Origin: Anaeramoeba ignava BMAN
Lineage: Eukaryota; Protista; Anaeramoebae
Reading direction: 5' to 3'
Assembly (NCBI GenBank): GCA_028826165.1
Contig: JAPDFW010000011.1
Location: 248,001 to 312,000 of the forward strand
Length of the DNA stretch: 64,000 nt
Shown here: in pieces, positions 10,801-23,100 of the stretch
Layout of the letters: each line of letters starts with the position of its first letter
How positions within the stretch are numbered: the stretch's first letter is position 1
Notes under the pieces: generated by a model
The model's input: only the letters and a program-made list of their open reading frames with translations
Told to the model about the DNA's origin: nothing
Databases searched by the model: none
Made by a program: the position numbers and the translations under genes

Positions 10801-13800
10801 TAAAATATAAAAAAATAAATAAAATATCAATTTATTAAATAAATAAAATATTATTTTAAAAATATTAAAATATTTTTAAAAATAAAATATTTTTAAATAA
10901 ATATCAATATTTAAAATATAAAATATTTTTATAAATAAATATCAACATTATTTAAAATATATTTAAATAAAAATACATTTTTAAAAATAAAATATCTTTA
11001 TAAATTAAATATCAATATTATTTAAAATATTCTTTTTATAAATAAATAAATATTTAAAATATAAAAATATTTTTATAAATAAATATCAATTTATTTAAAA
11101 TATATTATTTAAAAATATAAAATATTTTTTATAAATAAATATCAATATTATTTAAAATATAAAATATTTTTATAAATAAATATCAACAATATTTAAAATA
11201 TAAAATATTATTTAAAATAAAAAATATTTAAAATATAAATATTTTTATAAATAAATAATATTTAAAATATTTTAAAAAATATAAAATATTATTTAAAATA
11301 TAAATATTCTTTATAAATAAATATATTATTTAAAATATAAAAATATTTTTATAAATAAATATCAATATTATTTAAAATATAAAATATTTTTATAAATAAA
11401 TATCAATATTATTTAAAATATAAAATATTTTTATAAATAAATATCAACATTATTTAAAATTGTAGCAAGATATCCAGATCCCATTTTATCTGCAATATGA
11501 GCATATTTTGGATGAGTTTGAAAGAATGTTTCTTCTGAACTCAAAGCTTCTTTTACTTTTTTCTTTTGGTCAATATCTTTTTGACCTCTATTAACAACTC
11601 CAATAAATTTCATTCCAAGTAAATCTCCATTAAGAATATCAAGTGCATCAGTTCCTTCATCCATTAAATCAAGTTTTGTTAAAACTCCAATTGTTCTTTC
11701 TCCTATAAAAGGAATCGAATCAATTTTTTGATTTTGATTTTGATTTTGATTTTGATTTTAATTTTGATTTTGAATTTCGATTTTGATTTTGAATTTAATT
11801 TTGAATTTTGATTTTGATTTTGAATTTGATTTTGAATTTGATTTTTGAAATGAAATTTTTACTTTTTGGATCAACACTTTTTGCTAATTTTAATGAATCG
11901 GAATTTGCAAGATCACTATTTGCAGGTGTTACTGCTAGAATGATACAATTAGGTCTTTTGATATAATTTAACACCATACTTTCAATTTGTTTTTCAATAT
12001 CTTCAGGTTGATCACCTTTAATAATTTTTAAATCAAAAATTGAATTTAATTTTTAATTTGGAATTTGAATTTGATTTTGAATTTGAATTTGAATTTGAAT
12101 TTAAATTGATTTTTGTTTTGAATTTGATTTTGAATTTAATTTGAATTTGAATTTGGAATTTGAATTGAATTTTGAATTTGATTTTGAATTTAATTTTGAA
12201 TTTTGAATTTGATTTTGATTTTTAATTTTGAATTTGAATTTTATTTTGAATTTGATTTTAATTTTGTTTTGGATTTGATTTTGAATTTTGAATTTGATTT
12301 TGATTTTGAATTTGAATTTTGAATTGAATTTTGAATTTGATTTTGATTTTGATTTTGAATTTAATTTTTAATTTTTGTTTTGGATTTGATTTTGAATTTG
12401 ATTTTTTGAATTTGATTTTGATTTTGAAATTTGAATTTTTGAATTTGATTTTTTGATTTTTGAATTTGAAATTTGAATTTAAGATTTGAAAAAGAAAGAA
12501 TACCAACAATTTAATTTTAATTTGAATTTTGAATTTTGATTCAATTTAATTTAAATTAACAACATTTTTTGAATTGAATAAGATTAATTGGTAATTGAAT
12601 TTTGATTTTTATTTTGAATTTGTAATTTGATTTTGATTTTCATTTGAATTTGAATTTGAATTTCATCAAAAATTTAATATTTTTGTTTATTTTTGAATCC
12701 ATATTTTTAATAAACAAAAATAAAATAATTTAAAAGAAATAATTTGAATTTTGATTTTGAATTTTAATTTTAATTTTTATTTGAATTTGAAATTTGAATT
12801 TGAAATTGGAAATGAATTGTAAAAAAGCATACTTCTTGTTACAATTTGATTACACTATTTAATTATAAATTTAAATTTAATTTTTATTTTTAATTTCAGT
12901 TTTAATTTTAATTTTTAATTTAAATTTAATTTTTAATTTTTTTTTTTAATTTTTTCAAATGAATTTTTCAAAATTTCATTTTAATATTTTTTTTATTTTT
13001 ATAAAAAAACTTTTATTTTAATTTTAATTTTTAATTTTATAAAATGAATTTTAATTTCAATTTTAATTTAATTTTAATTTTTACCTTTTTAATTTAAATT
13101 TTAATTTTAAAACAAATTGGTCTTCTTTTAATTTTAATTTTATAAATTTTAAATTTAATTTTTAATTTTTAATTTTAATTTTAATTTTAGTTTTAATTTT
13201 AATTTTAAATGAATTTTAATTTTAATTAAAATTTTAATTTGAATTTTAATTTTATAAATGAATTTTATAAATGAATTTTAATTTTAATTTTAATTTTAAT
13301 TTTAATTTTAATTTTAATATTAATTTTAATTTTATAAATGAATTTGAATTTTAATTTTAATTTTAATTTTAATTTTAATTTTATAAATGAATTTTAATTT
13401 TAGTTTGGATTTTAATTTTAATTTGAATTTTAATTTGAATTTGAATTTTAATTTTAATTTTGATTTCTGTTATTATTTTTGTTATTTTTACCGTGGTAGA
13501 AAATCTCTTCCAACAACACTTTCTAAAACACTACTTTTCCCAGAACTTTGACAACCAACAACTGCAATTTGTGGTAAATCAAGATTTGCAATTCTAAAAA
13601 TTGATTAATTCAATTTTTATTAAAAAAGAAAAAATAATTAAATTCATTTTTTATAAATTATTTTTAATTAATTTTTTCTCTTTTATTTTATATTTTTCTA
13701 TTTATTAACCCAAGTTTTGTAAATGCATCATGAAGTTTATTAACAATTTCAATGAGTAAACTTCCTTCTTTATTTGCATTTTTCATTTTTGATTGGGTAT

Positions 13801-13968
13801 TTGTTCTTCTTATTGAATTTTGTTTTTCTTTATTTTGTTTTTCATTTGATTTTTGATTTTGTTTTTCTTTGTTTTGTTTTTCTTTTGTTGAATTTGTTTT
13901 TGTGGTTTTTCTTCTTTTTATTTGTTTCTTTATTTGAATTTTTGATTTATTTTGATTTTTGAACTCAT
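7854..13968 (-). CDS. Dynamin with GTPase, middle, PH and GED domains. Multi-exon; the 12020-13490 segment is poor-quality consensus
   Basis: [38 protein letters not shown] (G1), [44 protein letters not shown] (G4), [75 protein letters not shown]. Confidence 0.92.
9517..11448 (-). repeat. Dynamin intron made of a ~41-bp tandem repeat
   Basis: Unit ataaataaatatcaa(t/c)attatttaaaatataaaatattttt runs across the whole intron. Minus-strand GT at 11448 and AG ending at 9517 join ILNN|KLIQHIQ. Confidence 0.9.
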
Positions 13969-14193
13969 TTTAAAATTTAAAATTAAATGAATAAAAATGA
14001 AAAAATGAAAAATGAAAAATGAAAAATGAAAAATGAAAAAAATTTTTAAAAATCCAAAGAAAGAAAAAAGAAAAATCATTTAGAAATCAATTTAGAAATC
14101 AATTTAAAAATTCATTTAAAAATCAATTTGGAAATCAATTTGGAAATCAATTTGGAAATCAATTTGGAAATCAATTTAAAAATCAATTTGGAA

Positions 14194-14628
14194 TTATTTG
14201 AAGTTAATTGATAATTTCGTTTTTTCTTCTTTTTTCTCTTCTTCTTTTTTTGGAATTGTTATTGAAAGAAATCCATCTTCAAAAGAAGCATCAGATTTTT
14301 CAATTTCAGCTAATTCTGGAAGTCTAAAAGATTGTTTGAAACTTGAATAACTTCTTTCACATCTAACTCTCTTTTCTTTTTCATCTTCTTTCTCTTCTTT
14401 TTTTACTTCATGTTCTCCGAAAATTGTTAACATTCTTGATTCTTTATCAAATTCAATGTTAATTGATTCTTTTGGAATATGAATTTTTCCTGAAATTTGA
14501 ATTTCTTTTTCTGTTTCTTTTATTCCAAGTTGTGCAAATGATTTTGTTTTTCTTTCCAAATTTGAAATCCATAAAGGTTCTTCTTTATCAAAAACTGAAA
14601 ATAAAGAAGGAAATCTAATAATTGACAT
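14194..14628 (-). CDS. Small heat-shock protein (HSP20/alpha-crystallin domain)
   Basis: IKETEKEIQI, LTIFGE, ERSYSSFKQSFRLP, ASFEDGFLSITIPK. Confidence 0.95.
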   Translation of the reverse strand: MSIIRFPSLFSVFDKEEPLWISNLERKTKSFAQLGIKETEKEIQISGKIHIPKESINIEFDKESRMLTIFGEHEVKKEEKEDEKEKRVRCERSYSSFKQSFRLPELAEIEKSDASFEDGFLSITIPKKEEEKKEEKTKLSINFK

Positions 14629-14764
14629 TTTTTGTTTTAATAATTAAAATCAAAAAAAATTTAAAAATTAAAAAAGAATGAAAAAGTAAAAATTTTTCTT
14701 TTCTTGGACACTTTTTCGTAATATCCTTGAAAGAAAAGTTTTTTCAAAAATTTTTATTTTTTTT

Positions 14765-15240
14765 AATTAATAAAATATAATTATTTTTAAATTAAAAGTA
14801 TTCTTTTAATAATAAATTTATTAATAAAAAATTTTTTTATTTTCAAATTAAATGATAATTCAAAACTATTTAAAAAATTGAATATAAATTAAATCAAAAT
14901 ATTTATTAATAAAATATAATTATTTTTAAATTAAAAAGTATTATTTTTAATAATAAAAATATTAATAAAAATATATTTTAAATTTATTTTCAAATTAAAT
15001 ATTAAATCAAAACTATTTAAAAATTTAAAAATTAAATATAAATTAAAATCAAAATATTCTTTTTAATAAATAAAAAATATAATTATTTTTTAAAAATTCA
15101 AAAATTTAAAAATTTATAAATTCAATAAATAAAATTATTAATAAAAATATTTTTTAAACTTATTTCTAAATTGAATATTAATTCAAAACTATTTAAAAAA
15201 CTAAATATAAATTAAATCAAAATGTTTATAAATAAAATAT
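14765..15240. repeat. Degenerate ~150-175 bp direct repeat, about 3 copies
   Basis: caaaactatttaaaaa...aatataaattaaatcaaaat recurs near 14861, 15008 and 15184. Confidence 0.6.
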
Positions 15241-15371
15241 CCAAAAAATTTAATAGAATTTAATAATAAATTATCTTGATTTGTTTCCTATTTATTGATT
15301 TGAAGAAATTTATTTGATTGAAAGTAAATTAAAATAAAATTCAATTTTGAAAAAAATGAATAAAAAAGTTT

Positions 15372-15541
15372 TTAAATGAAAAAAGTTTCAACTTCATCAA
15401 CAACCCATTTATCATAAGAACCAGCTAAATAACTTTTAGCTTCATTTGTTCCTTTTTGAATTCCATTAGGTGGATTATAACTAGAACCAAAATTTGAACC
15501 ACCAGGTTGTAAATTAGAATTTAAATAAAAATCATGTCCAT
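15372..15541 (-). pseudogene. Truncated 3' relic of a TLDc gene, paralogue of the 16391 gene
   Basis: Encodes GHDFYLNSNLQPGGSNFGSSYNPPNGIQKGTNEAKSYLAGSYDKWVVDEVETFFI*, nearly identical to the C-terminus of ORF 16391..17413. No upstream coding sequence is visible. Confidence 0.8.
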
Positions 15542-16390
15542 TTATTTTAATAAAGATATATAATTAATTTTAATAATATTTAGTAATAATTTAATTTAAA
15601 TTTATTTTATTTTAATTTGATATAATATTTTTATTTATTATATTAATATTTTTAATTATTTATTATTCCAATTTTAATTATAATAAAATATATTAAAAAG
15701 TGGAATAAATATATTTTAATAAAATATAAATAATAATATTTAATTTTTTAATTTTAATATTTATTTAATAATTTATTTTTAAATTTATTATTCAATTTTA
15801 ATTATAATAAAATATATTAAAAATAATATTTTTAATTTATTATATTTAATTTTTTATTTTTAATTTTATTTATTTTATTCCAATTTTTATTTTATAATAA
15901 AATATTATTTTAAAAACAAAAAATAAAAAAAAATTAAAAATTTTTAAATAAATTGAATTTAACATGATTGAATAAGATAAACTTTCTAAAAAAATAATTT
16001 ACTAATTATTCTATTTTTGATTTTGATTATAATTTATTAATATTTAAATATTAATTAATAATAAATTTTATTTGATTTTTTTTATTTTAATATTTTAATT
16101 AATGAATTTAAATTTAATTATTATTAATTTCTATTTTCAATTTTTATTTTTATTTATTATATTAAAAATATTCAATTTTTTAAAATTTATTATTTTTTTT
16201 TTTGGATTATTTTTTATTAATTAAATTTTTAATAAATATTTTAAATTAAAATTAAATTATTTAAAATTAAATTTGTTTCTTATTTATTATTTTAAAGAAA
16301 TTAATTTGATTAAAAGTAAATTAAAATTGAATTAAATTTTGAAAAAAAAAATTAAAAAAAAAGTTTGATTTTCTTATTATTAATTAATTT

Positions 16391-18029
16391 TTAAATGAAA
16401 TAAGATTCAAGTTCATCAACAACCCATTTATCATAAGAACCAGCTAAATAACTTTTCGATTCATTTGTATTAAAAGTAATTCCATTAGGTGGATTATAAC
16501 TATAACCAATATTTGAATAACCAGGTTGTAAATTAGAAACTAAATAAAAATCATCACCAAATACTGGACCAAGACTTAAATCAGAACGAATTGCCCAACC
16601 TTGTTTATATGTAAACTTTGCAGGTATTCTATCTCCTTTATCATTTCTTAATGAAAAAATAAATGCATTTGCATCATTAGTCCATCCTGTATTTCCATTA
16701 AATCCAACTTGAGTAAAACCTCCAAAAATAAAATTATCTTTTGTTTTGATAATAACTAATGTTTTTCCTTTTCCATCAACTGCTTTATGCCAATTTTGAG
16801 AATTAAATCCATCTCTTTTTGCTGAAAATCCTTTTTTCATTTTAGAAAAAAAATCATTATTATTTATCCATTCTTGTAATTTTTTAACATATTCTTCTTC
16901 TGTAATAATTCTTGTTTCTGAAAATTGAGGAAAATTCTTTTTGATTGGTTCCAATTTCTTTTGTAATTCCAAATCTTTTTCATATTCATCAAAAACAGGT
17001 TTCATTTTCTCAATTTCTTTGTTTTTATCTTCAACTTCTTTCTTCCATTTCTCTTCAATTTCAATTTTCATTTGTTGAATTTCTTTGTTTTTCTCTTCAA
17101 TTTCTTTCTTTTTATCTTCAACTTCTTTCTTCCATTTCTCTTCAATTTCAATTTTCATTTGTTGATTTTCTTTTTGATTGTCTTGAATAATTTTGTTTTG
17201 AATATCAACTAAAAAAGATTTAGGAAAAAAATCAAATTGTTTTAATTTATCAAAATCTTGTTTTGAAATTGAATCTTTATCAAATAATGAAAAAAAAGAA
17301 TGAAATAATCTTTTCTTTTCAATTCCCTTTTCTTTTTCTTTTTCTTTTTCTTTCTTTCCTTTTAATCTTTCGTTTCTTTTTTCAATCCAATTATTTAAAA
17401 ATTGAAAAATCAAATTGAAAAATTTCTTTTTTTTCTTGTTTAAATTGAATAAATTTGATAATTTCTTCTTTAGTTAAATTGAATAAATTTTCATTATTTT
17501 GAATTTGGGAAAAATTTTGATTTATTAATTCAAAACATTTTATTTCAATTTCATTTGAATTTAAATTTCGATTTTGGAATAAAAATTGGAAAAATTTGAA
17601 TAATTAATTGAATTTAAAATTTTTTTTGAATAAATTCTTTCAATAAATTTAATTTAAAATAAATTGAAATTTCCATTAATTGAATAAGATTTTCTTGATT
17701 CTCAAAAGAAATATTTCCATAATAAATATAACTCAAAATTGATTCCATTTCTTTTTATTAAATTGATTTAAAGAAATAGAAAGAGATTCTTGCCTTAATG
17801 ATTCATTAAAAAGGAGATCTTGAAGATAAAATTGATTTATGAACTTTAATTTCAAAAGGTTTTGATTTATTCTCAACAAAAATTGAAAAATCTTTAAATG
17901 AATTTTCATTTAAAAGGTTTGAATAATTTTAATTAAATTTTTGTTACTTTTTTTCTAAATTTTTCATTTCATTTTCATTTTTGATTTTTGATTTGCATTT
18001 TCAATTTGGTTATTATTATTATTATCCAT
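16391..18029 (-). CDS. BTB-(BACK)-coiled-coil-TLDc protein; 5' part is frameshifted (errors or decay)
   Basis: TLDc motifs FSAKRDGFNSQNWH, KTLVIIKTKDNFIFGGFT, AFIFSL, GPVFG, VDELESYFI. Upstream broken frames give BTB DFSIFVENKSKPFEIKVHKSILSSRS. ATG at 18029. Confidence 0.8.
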
Positions 18030-18354
18030 TTTTGTTTTTGTGTTTTTGTTTTTGTTTTTGTTTTTGTTTTTAAAAAGGAAAAATGAAAAATGAAAAAAAA
18101 AATAAATAAAAAGTGGATTTTGAAAATAAATAAAAATATAAAAATAAGAATAAATTTAAATTAATAATTAATTTAATTTTCTTTTTAATTTATTATTTTA
18201 AATTAATTTATTAATAAATTATTATTATTTTTTATTAATTTTTTTATTAAAAAAGGAAAATTATTTTAATTTAATTTTTAATTTAATTTTTTTTTTGGAA
18301 TTTAAAAATTATTAATAAATTTAAATTTTAAAAACAAATTTCCAAATTAATATT

Positions 18355-19835
18355 AATTCAATTTAATTCAAAAAAAAGATAAAATTTTAATTTAAAAAAA
18401 TCAATTTTCAAAATATTTTTAAATAATAAAATATTTAAATCTAAAACAATAAATTATTATTTTAATAATGAAATTAAATATTAAATTATATTTTTAAATT
18501 AATTTATAAATTAAATATTAAATTAAATCTATTCTTATTTTTATATTTATATGTTAAATATTTAAATAATAAAATATTTAAATCTAAAACAATAAATTAA
18601 TATTTCAATAACATAAAATTAAGTATTAAATTATATTTTTAAATTAATTTATAAATTAAATATTAAATTAAATCTATTCTCATTTTTTATATTTTATATG
18701 TTAAATATTTAAATAATAAAATATTTAAATCTAAAACAATAAATTAATATTTTAATAATAAAATTAAATATTAAATTATATTTTTAAATTAATTTATAAA
18801 TTAAATATTAAATTAAATCTATTCTTATTTTTTATATTTTATGTTAAATATTTAAATAAGAAAATATTTAAATCTAAAACATTAAATTATTTCAATAATA
18901 AAACTAAATATTAAATTATATTTTTAAATTAATTTATAAATTAAATATTAAATTAAATCATTTTTCATTTTTATATTTTATGTTAAATATTTAAATTAAT
19001 AAAATATTTAAATCTAAAACATTAAATTAATATTTTAATAATAAAATTAAATATTAAATTATATTTTTAAATTAATTTATAAATTAAATATTAAATTAAA
19101 TCTATTTTCATTTTTATATTTATATGTTAAATATTTTTAAATAATAAAATATTTAAATCTAAAACAATAAATTATTATTTTAATAATAAAATTAAATATT
19201 AAAATTATATTTTTAAATTAATTTATAAATTAAATATTAAATTAAATCTATTTTCATTTTTATATTTTTATATGTTAAATATTTAAATAATAAAATATTT
19301 AAATCTAAAACAATAAATTATTATTTTAATAATAGAATTAAATATAAAATTATATTTTTAAATTAATTTATAAATTAAATATTAAATTAAAATCTATTCT
19401 TATTTTTATATTTCTTTTAAAAAAATATTTAAATAATAAAATATTTAAATCTAAAACAATAAATTATTATTTTAATAATAAAATTAAATATTAAATTATA
19501 TTTTTAAATTAATTTATAAATTAAATATTAAATTAAATCTATTTTTATTTTTATATTTATATGTTAAATATTTAAAAATAATAAAATATTTAAATCTAAA
19601 ACAATAAATTATTATTTTAATAATAAAATTAAATATTAAATTATATTTTTAAATTAATTTATAAATTAAATATTAAATTAAATCTATTCTTATTTTTTAT
19701 ATTTATATGTTAAATATTTAAATAATAAAATATTTAAATCTAAAACAATAAATTATTATTTTAAAATAAAATTAAATATTAAATTATATTTTTAAATTAA
19801 TTTCTAAATCTAATATTAAATTAAACCTATTTTCA
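18355..19835. repeat. ~144-bp satellite, 10 copies, with a ~60-bp unique leader
   Basis: aatctaaaac anchor at 18438, 18581, 18728, 18871, 19011, 19156, 19302, 19448, 19593, 19737 (period 140-147). Confidence 0.95.
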
Positions 19836-20193
19836 TTTTTTATTTTTTCATTTTTCATTTTTCATTTTTTTTTGATTATGTAAGTTTTTTCGTAATTTAA
19901 AAAAAACTAAAATCCAATTTAATAATAAATAAACATAAAACAAGAAAATTCACATTAAACACAAACACAATAAAAATGGAATACTTATTAATTTAATATT
20001 ATTCCAAGAAAAAAAAATATTAAATTTTCTAACGAATTATAACGAAATAATTACAATTTAATTTTAATTTGAAAATGAAAATAAATTCTATTTGAATTAA
20101 TTTATTCTTGTTTAAATTATCTTTTTATTAATGGGAAAAAACAGAATTTTGTTTTGTTTTTCTTTTTATCCTTTTTTGAAAATAAGACAAAAT

Positions 20194-23100
20194 ATGGGAC
20201 AAATTCTTTCAGATCAAAATCCAAATCAATTTCAAAATCCAAATCAATTTCAAAATCCAAATCAATTTCAAGATCCAAATCAATTTCAAAATCCAAATCA
20301 ATTTCAAAATCCAAATCAATTTCAAGATCAATTTCAAGATCCAAATCAATTTCAAGATCCAAATCAATTTCAAAATCCAAATCAATTTCAAGATCAATTT
20401 CAAGATCCAAATCAATTTCAATTTCAAGATCAATTTCAAAATCCAAATCAATTTCAATTTCAAGATCAATTTCAAGATCCAAATCAATTTCAATTTCAAG
20501 ATCAATTTCAATTTCAAGATCAATTTCAAAATGAAAATTCAAATCAATTACAAAATGAAAATGAAGAAAAATCTCAAAAAATAGAAATATCAAAATTCTA
20601 TCAATTTCCTACTCAAGAACTTAATCAATTTTTAATTTCTGAACTTCTTTCAAATTATAAAACAATGTTTCAAAACGAAGAAAATTGTGATTTTACAATT
20701 TATGCTGGAAAAAACAATCAAAAAATTCCTTGTCATAAATCAATACTTAATTCAAGATCAAGATTTTTTTATGAAAATCATCACGAAAAATCAGAAACTG
20801 AAGAATTATATCTTCCACAATTTGGATATGATATTGTTAAACCAATTATTTCTTTTCTTTATGATTCAAAATTTCAATTTGAAGTAAACAAATTTGAAAA
20901 ATATTTCCAACTCGCAAAATATTTTAAATTAACAAGTTTAAGAATAAAAATTGAAAAAGATGTTTCAGAACAAATTAATAAAACCAATGCTATTTCAATT
21001 TATTTCAAAAGTATCTCTATTGAATCCAATTTTCTTTCGAATTTATGTGAAAAATTTATTCAAGACAATATTCATAAAATTATTGAAGAAAACCAAATTG
21101 AATCAATTAATAATAAAGAATTAAGAGAAATTATTCAAATGATTCAATTAACACCAAAAGAAAACAGAATTGAGTTGATTTGGAAATTATCTCAAGAGTG
21201 GAAGGAGAAATTCCAAAAAAGTAAAAAAAATTTAATCGATAAAGACAAATATATCGATCCAATTCAAATTCAAGAAATCACTGAGCAAATCCAAGATTTT
21301 CATATGATTATCGATAATATTAAAACGCATCGATACATTTCTTCTGATTCGAAAATTGGAAATAACCCCATTTTATCTTTAACTGATCAACTTCAGTTCT
21401 TGAATGAAAAAAATAAAGAATTACAACAAGAAAATGAAGAACTGAAAAGCAAACTCGAAAAACAAACCAATATCCTGAACAAAAATGATCAAGAAATCAC
21501 AAAAATGGAGGAATTGATTCAACAAAACGAAAACAACAAGCTAAATCTACCAAAACAGATCCTACAACCAAAAAAACAACCAATATTTTTCAAACTTGAA
21601 ACAAAAGAGAAATCCATTTCGGAGACTTTTTTCAATAATATTCTAAATCAAAATCAAAATCAAATACAAAATCAAATAAAAGATGATTGGGGAAATAATA
21701 ATCAACAATTAAAGAAACAAGATGATTGGGGAAATAATCAACAATTAAAGAAACAAGATGATTGGGGAAATAACCAATTAAAGAAACAAGATGATTGGGG
21801 AAATAATAATCAAATTCAAAATCAAAATCAAATACAAAATCAAATAAAAGATGATTGGGGAAATAACCAATTAAAGAAACAAGATGATTGGGGAAATAAT
21901 AATCAACAATTAAAGAAACAAGATGATTGGGGAAATAACCAATTAAAGAAACAAGATGATTGGGGAAATAATAATCAACCATTAAATCAAATACAAAATC
22001 AAATACAAAATCAAATACAAAATCAAATACAAAATCAAATACAAAATCAAATAAAAGATGATTGGGGAAATAATAATCAACAATTAAAGAAACAAAATGA
22101 TTGGGGAAATAATAATCAACAATTAAAGAAACAAAATGATTGGGGAAATAATAATCAACAATTAAAGAAACAAGATGATTGGGGAAATAACCAATTAAAA
22201 ATACAAGATGATTGGGGAAATAATAATCAACAATTCAAAAACAAATACAAAATGAAATAATCAACAATTAAAGAAACAAGATAATTGGGGAAATAATAAT
22301 CAACAATTAAAGAAACAAAATGATTGGGGAAATAATAATCAAATTCAAAATCAAAATAAAATACAAAATCAAATAAAAGATGATTGGGGAAATAACCAAT
22401 TAAAAATACAAGATGATTGGGGAAATAATAATCAACAATTAAAGAAACAAGATAATTGGGGAAATAATAACCAAATCAAATTCAAAATCAAATACAAAAT
22501 CAAATACAAAATCAAATACAAAATCAAATAAAAGATGATTGGGGAAATAATAATCAACAATTAAAGAAACAAGATGATTGGGAACCTTTGACAAAAGAGA
22601 AATATAGAGAATATCCAAAAGAATATAATTCATATCCAACAATAAAGACTAGTTACTACGGTCAAGAAATCAAGATTTCAGGAGCAAAAGAACAATTTCC
22701 AATAATTTCTCGTTTTGATAATAACTTACCTTTTTCTCCCCAAATTCAACAACTTTTACTTTCCAAAAATTGGGGATATCCATTAGCAATCCAAGCATTT
22801 TCATGGACACCAATTCTTCAAGGATTTGATTTTATTGGAGCTTCAGAAACTGGAAGTGGTAATTTTAAATTAATTTAAATTTTAATTTTAATTTTAATTT
22901 TAATTTTAATTTTAATTTCAATTTTAATTTTAATTTTAATTTTAATTTTAATTTTAATTTTAATTTTAATTTTAATTTTAATTTTAATTTTAATTTTAAT
23001 TTTAATTTTAATTTTAATTTTCAAAATTTGGATTATAAAATAGGAAAAACTCTTGCTTTTGCTCTTCCTGCAATCATGCATATTATTGCATATCAAAAAC

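Noticed and set aside
14630-14760. Heat-shock element upstream of HSP20
   Set aside because: Only scattered GAA/TTC triplets, with no convincing nGAAnnTTCnnGAAn array.
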